Shown in pieces: positions 45,419-54,937 of a DNA stretch of 64,000 bases. Source of the stretch: a virus; the IMG/VR virus record IMGVR_UViG_3300025108_004223, positions 62,763 to 126,762 of that record; one strand, 5' to 3'. The position numbers were made by a program, and so were the translations under genes. The stretch's first letter is position 1. Each line of letters begins with the position of its first letter. Under the pieces are notes generated by a model, which was not told the DNA's origin, searched no databases, and saw nothing but the letters and a program-made list of their open reading frames with translations.

Positions 45419-46506
45419 GTAAACTGCTCCGCAAATGGATCAAACTCTGTGCCACATTTCATACTGCAAACACCTAGCTTACCTTCTTCAATGCTTTTCT
45501 TATTCCAACTGTTTTGTATGTCTTGCATAATGCCTGTTTTGAATACGCCTTCGACTCCATGTATCTTTGCATCAAGAGCCTCTTTTCCGCCAACACCATC
45601 TATGAAATCCCATATCTGTTCTACCTTTGGATCTTTGTGCCACCACTTATACATACGACCAGCTGTCCAACAACAAGGCAACACAAGGCCTTCTGCTGTA
45701 ATAAAGATGTTAGGATCTTTGCCTGCTACTTTACATTTAATATCACAACTATCATAATAGTTTTTCATACCACCATATGTTTTTTCAATCTCTTTTTGTT
45801 TCAGTAGTGCTAGGTTTTGATACTCTGCTTTCTTTGGCTTAGCCAAGTTCTGCATTGTAGCACCTTTGCGATTCTTTGCTTGGTGTGTTTCTTTAGACTC
45901 ACTGTTAGCATTAATAAAGCGTCCAGTTTTCTTTTTCATAAACTTCTCAACACCCCATTGCTTTGCTAATTGTTCAGCACGTTCTACATCACATTCACTA
46001 TGTTCAAATATTAAATAGTCCCAACGAGCTCTGCCACCTGCTTCAATAAATGCTCGCATGTTGCGTTCTACTTTATCCCATTGCACACCTTGTCTATACA
46101 AATGGTTTGTGTTTTCTAATCCATCAACACTAAAGATAACTGCACCGTTCTTGCCAATAGTCTTAGCAAGTTCTCGCCACCATGTAACATCTCTCGCACC
46201 TGCATTTGTATTCATACTTAACCATATGTTTTCATTCATTGCACGTGTGTAATCAAATATTTCTAATGTATCTCTAGCACTAATTGGGTCACCTAAGTTA
46301 CCACACATATATAATGTGTTTAGTTGCTGTAAGAAGTCTGGATCAAATATATTAATACAATCATCTAAACTTAGTTCTTGTAAGTTATTCTTAATGTGCT
46401 GATTGACTGCACCACCGTTCTCATTACGGTCACACATAGGACAACTTGCATTACAACGTTGTGTAACTTCTAAGTGAACTGTGTTTATATCTTCATACTT
46501 ATACAT
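45415..46506 (-). CDS. Radical SAM protein with C-terminal SPASM/twitch domain
   Basis: CNASCPMC, GNLGDP, FSVDG, LPCC...CSMKC. Confidence 0.9.
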   Translation of the reverse strand: MYKYEDINTVHLEVTQRCNASCPMCDRNENGGAVNQHIKNNLQELSLDDCINIFDPDFLQQLNTLYMCGNLGDPISARDTLEIFDYTRAMNENIWLSMNTNAGARDVTWWRELAKTIGKNGAVIFSVDGLENTNHLYRQGVQWDKVERNMRAFIEAGGRARWDYLIFEHSECDVERAEQLAKQWGVEKFMKKKTGRFINANSESKETHQAKNRKGATMQNLAKPKKAEYQNLALLKQKEIEKTYGGMKNYYDSCDIKCKVAGKDPNIFITAEGLVLPCCWTAGRMYKWWHKDPKVEQIWDFIDGVGGKEALDAKIHGVEGVFKTGIMQDIQNSWNKKSIEEGKLGVCSMKCGTEFDPFAEQFT

Positions 46507-47116
46507 CTGTATATCCTACATGATTAATATATTCGTCGCATAGAGTATCAAGTGTAAATTTACTTAATGGATGTTCTTCAATTATATTTAATATATTTTT
46601 GTATTCTTCTTGCCTTGTATTCTTATTCAACAATCTTGTTACATTTATAAATTGTAATTTATTTCTAGAGTCATCGTCCATGGCTAAGTCTACTAATATT
46701 TTTGCATAAGTATTTTCCCATTGTTCAGTAGGTATATTGTCACGTTGTTGTGCCATTTTTACTTCTGGAGTAACTGCTATTATTACTTCTGCTGAATTTA
46801 TTTCAATATCTTTTAAGTCATGCTCTCCGAATGGTCCTGTATCAATCCATTTTGTAAAGTTTGTATTCTTTATTGGTTCAATCAATGTTGGGCGTTCTTC
46901 ATCTGTTTTGTATATAACGTGATTCTTAGTTGGTAATGTTATGTAGGCAGCACTACTTCTTGGAAAGTTTTTATGCTGACTAATCATAAATTGAAGGAAC
47001 ATTCCACTATGATTAGTTGGCCAATATATTCTGTAATGTTTTGGATTATGTTCTAAACTAACATTGACTGTTAAATCATTTACATTATTTTTCTCTTGTG
47101 TTCTATAATGTATCAT
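46499..47116 (-). CDS. Hypothetical protein (possible degenerate sulfotransferase-like)
   Basis: IYWPTNHSGMFL resembles the N-terminal loop of 47117. Confidence 0.45.
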   Translation of the reverse strand: MIHYRTQEKNNVNDLTVNVSLEHNPKHYRIYWPTNHSGMFLQFMISQHKNFPRSSAAYITLPTKNHVIYKTDEERPTLIEPIKNTNFTKWIDTGPFGEHDLKDIEINSAEVIIAVTPEVKMAQQRDNIPTEQWENTYAKILVDLAMDDDSRNKLQFINVTRLLNKNTRQEEYKNILNIIEEHPLSKFTLDTLCDEYINHVGYTDV

Positions 47117-47725
47117 TTATATTTCGTCCTTGCTTAGATTATATCTTAAATTGATAGTTTTTAATTGTAAGTCTGTGTATTCGGTTATAGCTTCAGCTAC
47201 TGTATTTACACTTAACGACGGAAAATCTAAGAATAACAGTAACTCTTTAATTGTTTCTTTGTTAATATCAATAAACAAATCTGAATAGTTTATATCTAAT
47301 ACATTCACTCCTTGTTGCCTAAGTATTTCACTGAAGGTATGGTGATGTTTATAATGTTCATTAGTGTTTTCATCGCTTACAAATCTACTCTCTGCTACTT
47401 GTTCTATTGTATCTTCTACATCATCGTTTGTCTTTAACAGCCATAGAATGTAGATATACCAATCAATATCTGGATGTATTATAACTATATTTGTATCTTG
47501 GTGCTCTTGTGCAAGTTCTTTAAACCTCTTTATACTGTAATCTTTTCTTTGAGTTGCTCCTGTTGTTAACTCAGCTATATGAGTTATATCTAACAAATTC
47601 CTATTACCATCATATTTGTGTTCAATATTGTTACTTAACTTATTTGTATTACCAGTAAAAATGCCTGCTAGGAAATGCCCGCTTGCACCTGCTGGAAATA
47701 CTATTAAGTTTTTCATCCTAGCCAC
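47117..47725 (-). CDS. Hypothetical protein (possible sulfotransferase-like)
   Basis: LIVFPAGASGHFLA loop; late INYSDLF resembles the sulfotransferase Y.DL block. Confidence 0.45.
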   Translation of the reverse strand: MARMKNLIVFPAGASGHFLAGIFTGNTNKLSNNIEHKYDGNRNLLDITHIAELTTGATQRKDYSIKRFKELAQEHQDTNIVIIHPDIDWYIYILWLLKTNDDVEDTIEQVAESRFVSDENTNEHYKHHHTFSEILRQQGVNVLDINYSDLFIDINKETIKELLLFLDFPSLSVNTVAEAITEYTDLQLKTINLRYNLSKDEI

Positions 47726-47934
47726 ATGTATACCAAGCCAGGTATAATAATAAAAAACTGTGGCAAGAAATTTAGTATGAGAGCTTTCTCATTTTGTTTC
47801 CAGCCTACATATATCCAACCAGCGGCTCCTATCATTTGTAAGAAACTATTCCACGGTGTCCACCCTTGCACGTGGAGTATCATTGCTATAAGTATTATAA
47901 TAGCACTGCCATACTTAATGTAACTAATCATCAA
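47713..47934 (-). CDS. Small three-helix membrane protein (DUF6552-like)
   Basis: GWIYVGWKQNEKAL; similar to 25052. Confidence 0.55.
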   Translation of the reverse strand: MMISYIKYGSAIIILIAMILHVQGWTPWNSFLQMIGAAGWIYVGWKQNEKALILNFLPQFFIIIPGLVYMWLG

Positions 47935-48169
47935 GTATCAACTTTATATCTTTGCCGGGTCCTATCTCGCTTGGAAAGTCTCCGTGTTCATTTATGTAAT
48001 ATTTTATTACTGCTTTATACCAAAGATTACTGTTGTGTCTTGCAACTGCATTAAACTTATGTATACTATCATTGTCAGCAGGCATAGTGCATATTGCTCT
48101 AGCGGCTTCTTTTTGTAATTGTCTGGGTGTGAAGCCATCCATAATAGCGTCCCATAGTTCATCATCCAT
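47924..48169 (-). CDS. Hypothetical protein
   Basis: 81 aa, coupled to neighbours. Confidence 0.55.
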   Translation of the reverse strand: MDDELWDAIMDGFTPRQLQKEAARAICTMPADNDSIHKFNAVARHNSNLWYKAVIKYYINEHGDFPSEIGPGKDIKLILDD

Positions 48170-48308
48170 TGTTATCTTCTCTATTTCTCATAACGATATG
48201 TATATACCATTTCATTAACCATTCTACTCTGCGTGGATACTGTTCCGGATTAGGTATGTTATCTTCGCCAAAGTAATCTATAAACCCTTGTATATCTTTA
48301 TCATCCAT
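48162..48308 (-). CDS. 48-aa hypothetical protein
   Basis: Manual translation MDDKDIQGFIDYFGEDNIPNPEQYPRRVEW...; fills gap with overlaps at both ends. Confidence 0.55.
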   Translation of the reverse strand: MDDKDIQGFIDYFGEDNIPNPEQYPRRVEWLMKWYIHIVMRNREDNNG

Positions 48309-48558
48309 TATATATTCCCATCATCTTTGAGATAAATGCTGTGTGATCATTTATAAATGCAAACTTTAATATACGCTTTCCGTCCTTGGCATAGTATGCC
48401 TCTTCAAACCAAAAGTCTTTCTCATATCGTAAATTAAGTTTTCTGGTTAACTTACTGCTTATATCACAACAAACTTCTACAGTAGCATGGTTTGTTTCAA
48501 CTGCACCGCCTGGCGGTATAAATTCGTTAAGCTCAAACTCAATAAACGTTAATGTCAT
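48301..48558 (-). CDS. Hypothetical protein
   Basis: 85 aa. Confidence 0.55.
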   Translation of the reverse strand: MTLTFIEFELNEFIPPGGAVETNHATVEVCCDISSKLTRKLNLRYEKDFWFEEAYYAKDGKRILKFAFINDHTAFISKMMGIYNG

Positions 48559-49646
48559 TACTTAATTCCTATTAACATGAACCTATTGTAAAGGTTTGTA
48601 TCTAGCTCTCCTTCGTAATATATTTCACTCATGGGATACTTAGACTTTACTTCTTCTAAGTCTTTACAACAATTACTGTGTTGTTCGTTTTCAAAGTAAT
48701 CATTTTGATGTAGCACTACAAATGTTCCAACAGGTAAATCTTCAAACCATTGATTATCCATGTGTTCACAACTTGTATTAATTACACAATTAATGTTATC
48801 TAAATCTACCCAGCCAAATGTATCTTCGAGTAAGGTATCTTTGTCTTTAAAAATATCATTGCGTATCTTTTCTTTGCTGGTATATCCTTGCATAATCTCA
48901 TCAAATTTTACTTCAATATCATTTGCATATTTTTCTTCTTGCTTTTCCATCCAACGTTCAATTTGTTCATCACGTAATTTATAGTTCCTGTAGCTAAGAG
49001 TCTTGTTATTCCAGCGTAGTTTATTTACATCTGTAGCAATAGGAATAAATTTATTGTCAACAGTTTCGTTATAGCATAACTTCTTGCTAGGCTCTACTGT
49101 TTCTTCGTTTAGATCTAGACTATATATCTTACCTACAGTAAAGTTTTGAAATATAAAGTGAGCAGGAAAGTTATACCAGCCTCCGTAAAATGCTACATTA
49201 CCTAAACTACCTTCTACAACTTTATTAAGTTCTCTAATCATCCATAGTTTACTTTGCACTTGTCCTTTACTAAAGAAGTCATTTAAATCTGGAACCTTTG
49301 CACCTTCTCCTTCGTCACCACTCCAATGATTAATAAATCTTGCTGTATTGGCCAATAACGGATCTTCGTTCATATACTTACGAATAAGTGTTACAACTAA
49401 CTGTGCTTTTATCTCTATGTCAGTTAACTGTTCGTGCATTAATAAGTTCATCCAACTTTTTACATGCGTTGGGTTACTTTGTCCCATAACAATAATTTCT
49501 GTTAAGATATCACGCTTACGATACCAATTATTATGATATAATGCTTTGAATAATACTTCATACCTATCACCCTCACCTATTGCATCAAAGTATTCACGTA
49601 GACCATAGAGCCAATGATATTGTTTTTGAAATTCTTCTTGTTTCAT
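48558..49646 (-). CDS. Class I SAM-dependent methyltransferase-like protein
   Basis: FYGGWY, YSLDL, VINTSCEHM, LHQNDY; ATGA overlap with upstream gene at 49646. Confidence 0.6.
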   Translation of the reverse strand: MKQEEFQKQYHWLYGLREYFDAIGEGDRYEVLFKALYHNNWYRKRDILTEIIVMGQSNPTHVKSWMNLLMHEQLTDIEIKAQLVVTLIRKYMNEDPLLANTARFINHWSGDEGEGAKVPDLNDFFSKGQVQSKLWMIRELNKVVEGSLGNVAFYGGWYNFPAHFIFQNFTVGKIYSLDLNEETVEPSKKLCYNETVDNKFIPIATDVNKLRWNNKTLSYRNYKLRDEQIERWMEKQEEKYANDIEVKFDEIMQGYTSKEKIRNDIFKDKDTLLEDTFGWVDLDNINCVINTSCEHMDNQWFEDLPVGTFVVLHQNDYFENEQHSNCCKDLEEVKSKYPMSEIYYEGELDTNLYNRFMLIGIK

Positions 49647-50347
49647 AATGCACTTTCGAATGTTTTCTTTAACCATTCCCAATCGTTAATTTTACGTAAT
49701 GCTTCTTTGTCATTCTTATAATGATTGCCAAAGTCTCTGCCTTGATTAGCACCTAGTATTGCATACTCACCATAACGTCTGTTCTCACCACGGGTGCACC
49801 AAACTTCTAATCTATATGCATCATCTACTTGTTTTTTGTGATCAATAATTCCACTGGCCATTTTAGTTCCTTCACGGAATCCACTACGCCATGTATTAAA
49901 TGGATCAGTATTAAATGCTGTAGTGTTTGATATCTCAAACTTAGGTTTAAATACTGCACCTATACTTGTAGTCATATCTACTTTGAATTCTTCTGTAGCA
50001 AGTAACTTCTTCTTAGGAAATAGTTTTAACGCACCAAATCCATATATGAGATCGTTAACAGGGTTATGACTACGATAAGTAAATACGCATTCTGTTTCGG
50101 GAACACCTGGATATGCCTCTCTTCTGTCGCTTGGTTCAAACTTAAATTGAAAGTTCTCTTGTATGATTGCATCTGCATCACACACATAAAAGTAATTTGT
50201 TTTTGATAATTCTGCAGCAGCTTTGTGTGCCTCAAGCAATCCAACTACGTTGTCTACTCGTTGTGCATGTGGGGCCTTTTGTTTTAGTATCTCGAAGTTC
50301 TCATCAGCTTCCGGCTCGCCGAAAGTTAACATAATAACATCTAGCAT
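49643..50347 (-). CDS. GT-A fold glycosyltransferase-like protein
   Basis: GLLEAHKAAA, YVCDADA (DxD). Confidence 0.6.
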   Translation of the reverse strand: MLDVIMLTFGEPEADENFEILKQKAPHAQRVDNVVGLLEAHKAAAELSKTNYFYVCDADAIIQENFQFKFEPSDRREAYPGVPETECVFTYRSHNPVNDLIYGFGALKLFPKKKLLATEEFKVDMTTSIGAVFKPKFEISNTTAFNTDPFNTWRSGFREGTKMASGIIDHKKQVDDAYRLEVWCTRGENRRYGEYAILGANQGRDFGNHYKNDKEALRKINDWEWLKKTFESAL

Positions 50348-50350
50348 GTA

Positions 50351-50458
50351 TTACTTCTCCGTTAATGCGTATACTTTTGTTGCACTAATCCAGCCTAGTA
50401 TAAATGAGATTGCCATCACACTTGTAATTGCTAGTAAATGCCATAAAATAAAAGTCAT
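50351..50458 (-). CDS. 35-aa membrane peptide
   Basis: MTFILWHLLAITSVMAISFILGWISATKVYALTEK after AAGGA RBS. Confidence 0.55.
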   Translation of the reverse strand: MTFILWHLLAITSVMAISFILGWISATKVYALTEK

Positions 50459-50472
50459 ATTATTTTCCTTTT

Positions 50473-51099
50473 TTAGCTTTGGCGCACTGCTTTTTGGACC
50501 TCTGTATCCAACCAATGTTCATGCACCTGTTTAATATATTTAGTGTTACTATCTTCCTTTAGAATTTCATCTATATTCGAGTCCAAAAAAGCAATAGGCC
50601 AATCTATTTCTCTGCCTAACTGCTCCAAATAGTTCTGCTTATACAAATATAATAGTTCTTGACTTAAGAAGTAACAGTTTTGTGTTTCAAACAACCAGTT
50701 AAAAGATTGCAATGCAATAGGAGTAGTTTCTTTGCCTCGCACTCTATTTTGTTGATTACGTAAAATATTTTGATCTCTACCAATTATGCCTATATTAATT
50801 TTATCTACATGCTTTTGTGCATGTTTAATAAACTCAATGTAATCAGGTGTAACAGGTTTTTGATCTTTAAAGTATGGACTGCTAACACTGGTTACAAAGT
50901 ATTCACTTTGATTCCAGTCAAATTCGTCTAATTTAGATGGGTCTGCCCAATAATCTGCAAAAGGCTCTTGGTGATGCCCTTCCCAATATCTATTGAGCAA
51001 TGTTTTCCATCCAAAGACTTCTTCGTGTAGTGCTAGACATTTGCTAAACAAATGATTACCACTACCTTGCGGACCTGTAATAATTAATAAACTACTCAT
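50473..51099 (-). CDS. Sulfotransferase-like P-loop protein
   Basis: LIITGPQGSGNHLF; start 51099 lies 7 nt after a -10 box. Confidence 0.55.
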   Translation of the reverse strand: MSSLLIITGPQGSGNHLFSKCLALHEEVFGWKTLLNRYWEGHHQEPFADYWADPSKLDEFDWNQSEYFVTSVSSPYFKDQKPVTPDYIEFIKHAQKHVDKINIGIIGRDQNILRNQQNRVRGKETTPIALQSFNWLFETQNCYFLSQELLYLYKQNYLEQLGREIDWPIAFLDSNIDEILKEDSNTKYIKQVHEHWLDTEVQKAVRQS

Positions 51100-51106
51100 T
51101 GTAGTT

Positions 51107-51135
51107 ATAATACTATAAAATGCTCTCTTTGTCAA
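51107..51135 (-). promoter_or_regulatory. sigma70-type promoter (leaderless)
   Basis: TTGACA-N17-TATTAT. Confidence 0.7.
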
Positions 51136-51156
51136 GTGGGCATTTTGATCCTATTA

Positions 51157-51666
51157 CTACTGTGCTAGTGGATTATCCAATGCTCTTTGTAATCTTTTGT
51201 TTAGTCTGCTTTCTAGTTCTTTAAGTTTCAAATCAGTGCTTGTGCGTAAACTATCTGCTTTTTGCTCATAGTCTGTTAGTAACTGGTCACGTTTGTTTTC
51301 AAAACGTTGATCAGCTAAACTAATTTCTTCACGCACATCTTCTTCAACACTATTAACATCATCTTCTACTTGATCTACAATACGTTCTAGTCTAACAATA
51401 TCATCACGTAATCCGTTTTTAATATCTTTAGAATAGTCTAATGCTTCATCTAGTTTAGTGTTAACTACTTGTAGTTCTGCTCTGATTCCACTTAGGTCTG
51501 GTGCTACATACCTTTCTATCTTTGCTTTCATATTTCTATAATCATTATAGAATTCGAAGCCTCCCCAAGCTGCTCCGCCTAGGGTAGATAAAATAGTAAT
51601 AACTAGAAACAGTTTGCCGCCTGTGAACTTTAATCCACCTACTTCTACTGTTGTTTTTTCACTCAT
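51157..51666 (-). CDS. Membrane-anchored coiled-coil protein
   Basis: One N-terminal TM helix followed by a long heptad-rich region. Confidence 0.65.
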   Translation of the reverse strand: MSEKTTVEVGGLKFTGGKLFLVITILSTLGGAAWGGFEFYNDYRNMKAKIERYVAPDLSGIRAELQVVNTKLDEALDYSKDIKNGLRDDIVRLERIVDQVEDDVNSVEEDVREEISLADQRFENKRDQLLTDYEQKADSLRTSTDLKLKELESRLNKRLQRALDNPLAQ

Positions 51667-51893
51667 GCTTTTGTTTCCTTTTTCTTAGCAGGCTTCTTGG
51701 CCGCTGTCTTTTTAGACTTTGTAATTTTCTTTGGCTTAGATGCTTTTTTCTTACTCTGCTCTGGCTTTTTAGCCTTAGGTTTAGCAGGCGCCTTCTTTGC
51801 CTTCTTTGGTTCTTCTTTTGGACTAGTTGGACCTTTACCTTTTCCAAAGAAAAGTTCAGTCAACGTAGGCCAATCCTTTATTGATTTCCACAT
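51663..51893 (-). CDS. Lys/Ala/Pro-rich basic protein (H1-like tail)
   Basis: AAGGAG RBS before MWKSIKD; PKKAKKAPAKPKAKK repeats. Confidence 0.6.
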   Translation of the reverse strand: MWKSIKDWPTLTELFFGKGKGPTSPKEEPKKAKKAPAKPKAKKPEQSKKKASKPKKITKSKKTAAKKPAKKKETKA

Positions 51894-51922
51894 ATTATTT
51901 CTCCTTTTAATTAATTTAGTTA

Positions 51923-54319
51923 TCATTCCATTCCCTCATATTGTTCATCTACCATTTTATTCCACTTTAATTCACTTGCAAGACCATTTCTCAAACCTCG
52001 TTGGTTCTCTGGAATCTTTTTATCTAAGTATATTCCTTCTGAATTGTAAAAGTCTACTCCAGGTATTGCCATTTCTCCATAAGCATTAAAGCCTGGAACA
52101 TAGTTAATTAATGCTGCAATAATCTGTTGTAAAGCCTGTTGTGCCTCAAGTGATGTTGCTTTGCCTTGATCTTCTGCAAGTTTTTTTAGTTTTTCTTTGA
52201 TGATCTCTTTCATCTTCTTGCGTTTAGCTGCTTCCTTTTCTTTCTTGGATAGCTTCTTAACTTTCTTAGGCTTTGAGTCAGCTACTTTTTCTTCCTTTGT
52301 ATCTTCCGTTGTTTCTTCCTCTGATTCATTTGAATTCTCTTCTTCGCTTTCATCTTCATCGGTAGCTTCCTCATTGCTTTCTTCTTCAGTAGTTTCTTCT
52401 TCGTCTGTGCTTTCTTCCTCAGTTGATTCCTCTTCGGTCTCTTCTGTAGCCTCATCCTCTGTGCTTTCTTCAGCTTCTTCCTCAGGTTCAGTTTCTTCTA
52501 CTGCTTCTTCGGTTGACTCTTCTTCTGTGGAATTTCCTTCAGATACTTCATCGGAACTTGTATCTTCTGTTCCCCCTTCAGTATCGTTCTCATCTGTCCC
52601 GGTATCTCCATCCATTGACTGTTCCACATCACTACCGGACTCTTCTTGTTCTTGTGTCGCATCTGGTATCTCCAATTCCATTTCAATTTGCTGTTCTACT
52701 TCAGCTTCAATTTGTTCTACTTCACCTAATGGTTCTGGTGCTGGCATAGTGTTGCCTGTATCCATTGTTCCCACATCTGGTATTTCAACTGTTGGTAATT
52801 CTATTACTACCTCGGGTTCTGGTTCAGGCATTGGCTCCGGCATAGGCTCTGGAGCAGGTATTAAGTTTATAGTTGGTAAGTCTGGTGTTGCAATTACATT
52901 ATCAACAATACTATCACCTGTTCCTGTTCCAATATCAGTTGGGTCAGTTTCTATGATTGGTGCAACATAACCTGGGCACTGTGAATCATACTGTGAGTTG
53001 TAACTACATTGCTGATTTAAGTATGCTGTATCGTATCCTGCACAACCCGGACTATGCAATGCATCTAAGGTGCATTGCTGTTCAAAGTATGCTTCTTCAT
53101 ATCCTGGGCATGATTCATCATGTGTTGAATCTAATGCACATTGTTGTGTTAAGTAAGCGGCAGCATAACCTGGACATGCACTATTATATAATGTGTCAAT
53201 GCTACATTGCTGTGTTAGGTAAGCAGCGGCATATCCATCACATCCACTGTCATAAAGTGGGTCTGCACTACATTGTTGAGTGTAATAAGCAGCGGCATAT
53301 CCATCACATCCACTGTCATAAAGTGGGTCTGCACTACATTGTTGATCATAGTAAGCACTTGCATAGCCTGGGCACCCACTATCGTATAATGGATCTGCAC
53401 TACATTGTGCATTATAATTTGCTGTTGCATAGCCTGGACAACCTGGATCGTATAAGGCATTAGCGGCACAATTTGTATCGTATTGCCATGTCGCATAGGC
53501 TGTTGCATAACCTGGGCAACTAGGATCATAAAGGGCTGTATCATTACATGGGTTAGCTCTATAAGTAAACCAAGTTTTTAAATCATTTATAATAGGACCG
53601 TAGTAACCATCCCAATTACCTTTGTCGTATCCACTTATTCTAAAACGCACATCACCAACTGCATTTGGTGTGCGTATTGTTCCTACTTTATCTATGTGAT
53701 TGTAAACTTCTATATTGTCTTCGTGTATCTGCCAAACAACCGAACCTTCTTGAACTTCATTATCACTATGAGCGTTACTTGACGTCCAATCATACCATGT
53801 ATCCATAGTCCAAGTTTTAGTTTCAACTACGTTTCCACTGCTATCTGTTACTTCAACAATTACAATTAACTCATCCCAATGCGTATCATCAGTAATCTCA
53901 CCTGTTGAGAGGTTTACTCTATCTTCAATATCAACACTACAAAATTTGCCAGGTTCATTGAAGCAATGTATATATTTCCATTGATAGTGAACTTTGTCTA
54001 TGCTAACGCCTGTGCCTTCTAGTGCTTGATTGATTGCATATGATACTGCAAATGTGTTAACACACTCACCAAAACGTAGGCTTTCTCCATTCGAATATAC
54101 AAATGCCGCGGAGGTGCCAGATGGACATCCATATTGTGGACTACCAATGGTTCCGTCATCCAAGTCTATGTCGGTTGGATTAGTTGTTGTTGGGTTAGTT
54201 GGAACAGCGGTATCTGTTGCTAATGCTGTGCTACTAAATGAGTAACAAATACAAAAGAATACTAAAACCGATAGTCTTTTCAACAATCTTTTGAGTATCA
54301 TCCTGACGTTTCTCCTCAA
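51923..54319 (-). CDS. Large secreted protein with nine C-x9-C repeats, Pro-rich linker and Glu-rich tract
   Basis: Signal-like N-terminus (alternative start 54301 with GAGGAG); repeat consensus CSADPLYDSGCPGYAAAY.TQQ. Confidence 0.75.
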   Translation of the reverse strand: MRRNVRMILKRLLKRLSVLVFFCICYSFSSTALATDTAVPTNPTTTNPTDIDLDDGTIGSPQYGCPSGTSAAFVYSNGESLRFGECVNTFAVSYAINQALEGTGVSIDKVHYQWKYIHCFNEPGKFCSVDIEDRVNLSTGEITDDTHWDELIVIVEVTDSSGNVVETKTWTMDTWYDWTSSNAHSDNEVQEGSVVWQIHEDNIEVYNHIDKVGTIRTPNAVGDVRFRISGYDKGNWDGYYGPIINDLKTWFTYRANPCNDTALYDPSCPGYATAYATWQYDTNCAANALYDPGCPGYATANYNAQCSADPLYDSGCPGYASAYYDQQCSADPLYDSGCDGYAAAYYTQQCSADPLYDSGCDGYAAAYLTQQCSIDTLYNSACPGYAAAYLTQQCALDSTHDESCPGYEEAYFEQQCTLDALHSPGCAGYDTAYLNQQCSYNSQYDSQCPGYVAPIIETDPTDIGTGTGDSIVDNVIATPDLPTINLIPAPEPMPEPMPEPEPEVVIELPTVEIPDVGTMDTGNTMPAPEPLGEVEQIEAEVEQQIEMELEIPDATQEQEESGSDVEQSMDGDTGTDENDTEGGTEDTSSDEVSEGNSTEEESTEEAVEETEPEEEAEESTEDEATEETEEESTEEESTDEEETTEEESNEEATDEDESEEENSNESEEETTEDTKEEKVADSKPKKVKKLSKKEKEAAKRKKMKEIIKEKLKKLAEDQGKATSLEAQQALQQIIAALINYVPGFNAYGEMAIPGVDFYNSEGIYLDKKIPENQRGLRNGLASELKWNKMVDEQYEGME
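52967..53549 (-). repeat. Coding tandem repeat, 66-nt period, about 9 units
   Basis: 60 nt identical at 53220-53279 and 53286-53345; flanking units diverge but keep Cys spacing. Confidence 0.85.
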
Positions 54320-54788
54320 TTATGTTTTCTGGTCTACGCTCCGGAGAAGCTTCCCAACTTGCTTGGGCCTCTTCACCAATTTTACCAAAATACGGACAAG
54401 GAGTTCCTGCCATTTCCATTGCATTAAATACACGTTCGTCTTGACACATAATACTAACGGCTGCAACCTTCATGCCCATGTCGTAGATTGTTTTGGCTAG
54501 TTTTAGCCTTTCACAATTCAAGTCACGAACAGTTTTGCCTCCACTAATACCAAGTATTTGTGTTTGAACTGCACCTGAAATTCCTACTGTGCATAAGTCA
54601 CTGTTGCTACTGTTTATGCTTGGTGATATTGCACTAGGCGGTGGGCTTTTAACTGTTGTTTTAGTGTCACCTTTTGTTGTGACTGTGCTGTTACTAGTTG
54701 ATTCTGTTACAATAGGATCTGCAGCGAGTGCCGATGTCATTCCAAAAACTATTAGCATGACTATTGTAAATATTTTTATGTTTCTCAT
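54234..54788 (-). CDS. Secreted Cys-containing protein
   Basis: Signal peptide; PPPSAISP, CTVG, CERLKLA, CQD, GTPCP. Confidence 0.7.
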   Translation of the reverse strand: MRNIKIFTIVMLIVFGMTSALAADPIVTESTSNSTVTTKGDTKTTVKSPPPSAISPSINSSNSDLCTVGISGAVQTQILGISGGKTVRDLNCERLKLAKTIYDMGMKVAAVSIMCQDERVFNAMEMAGTPCPYFGKIGEEAQASWEASPERRPENIIEEKRQDDTQKIVEKTIGFSILLYLLLI

Positions 54789-54860
54789 CTGCATTTCCTT
54801 CTTAGTTAAGTTCGAAATCTTCATAGATTATTGTATTACGAAAACATCTATTTCGTGTAG

Positions 54861-54868
54861 TATTTATA
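54861..54868 (-). promoter_or_regulatory. T4-type late promoter
   Basis: Exact TATAAATA; a second ATAAATA at 54894-54900. Confidence 0.65.
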
Positions 54869-54912
54869 ACTATTGTTAATTTTATTAACTATATATTTAT
54901 TGATTGTCATAG

Positions 54913-54937
54913 AAAAGGGCCCCCGAAGAGGCCCTTT
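54913..54937 (-). terminator. Rho-independent terminator after tctC
   Basis: GGGCCTC-TTCG-GGGGCCC-TTTT (cUUCGg loop). Confidence 0.85.

Noticed and set aside
52197-52970. 257-aa Ser-rich plus-strand ORF (also 52957..53463)
   Set aside because: Antisense shadow of the Glu-rich and repeat regions of the 798-aa gene; no RBS or promoter.
52967-53549. Possible CRISPR array (periodic ~66-nt repeats)
   Set aside because: Repeats are in-frame coding units with no unique spacers and no cas genes.
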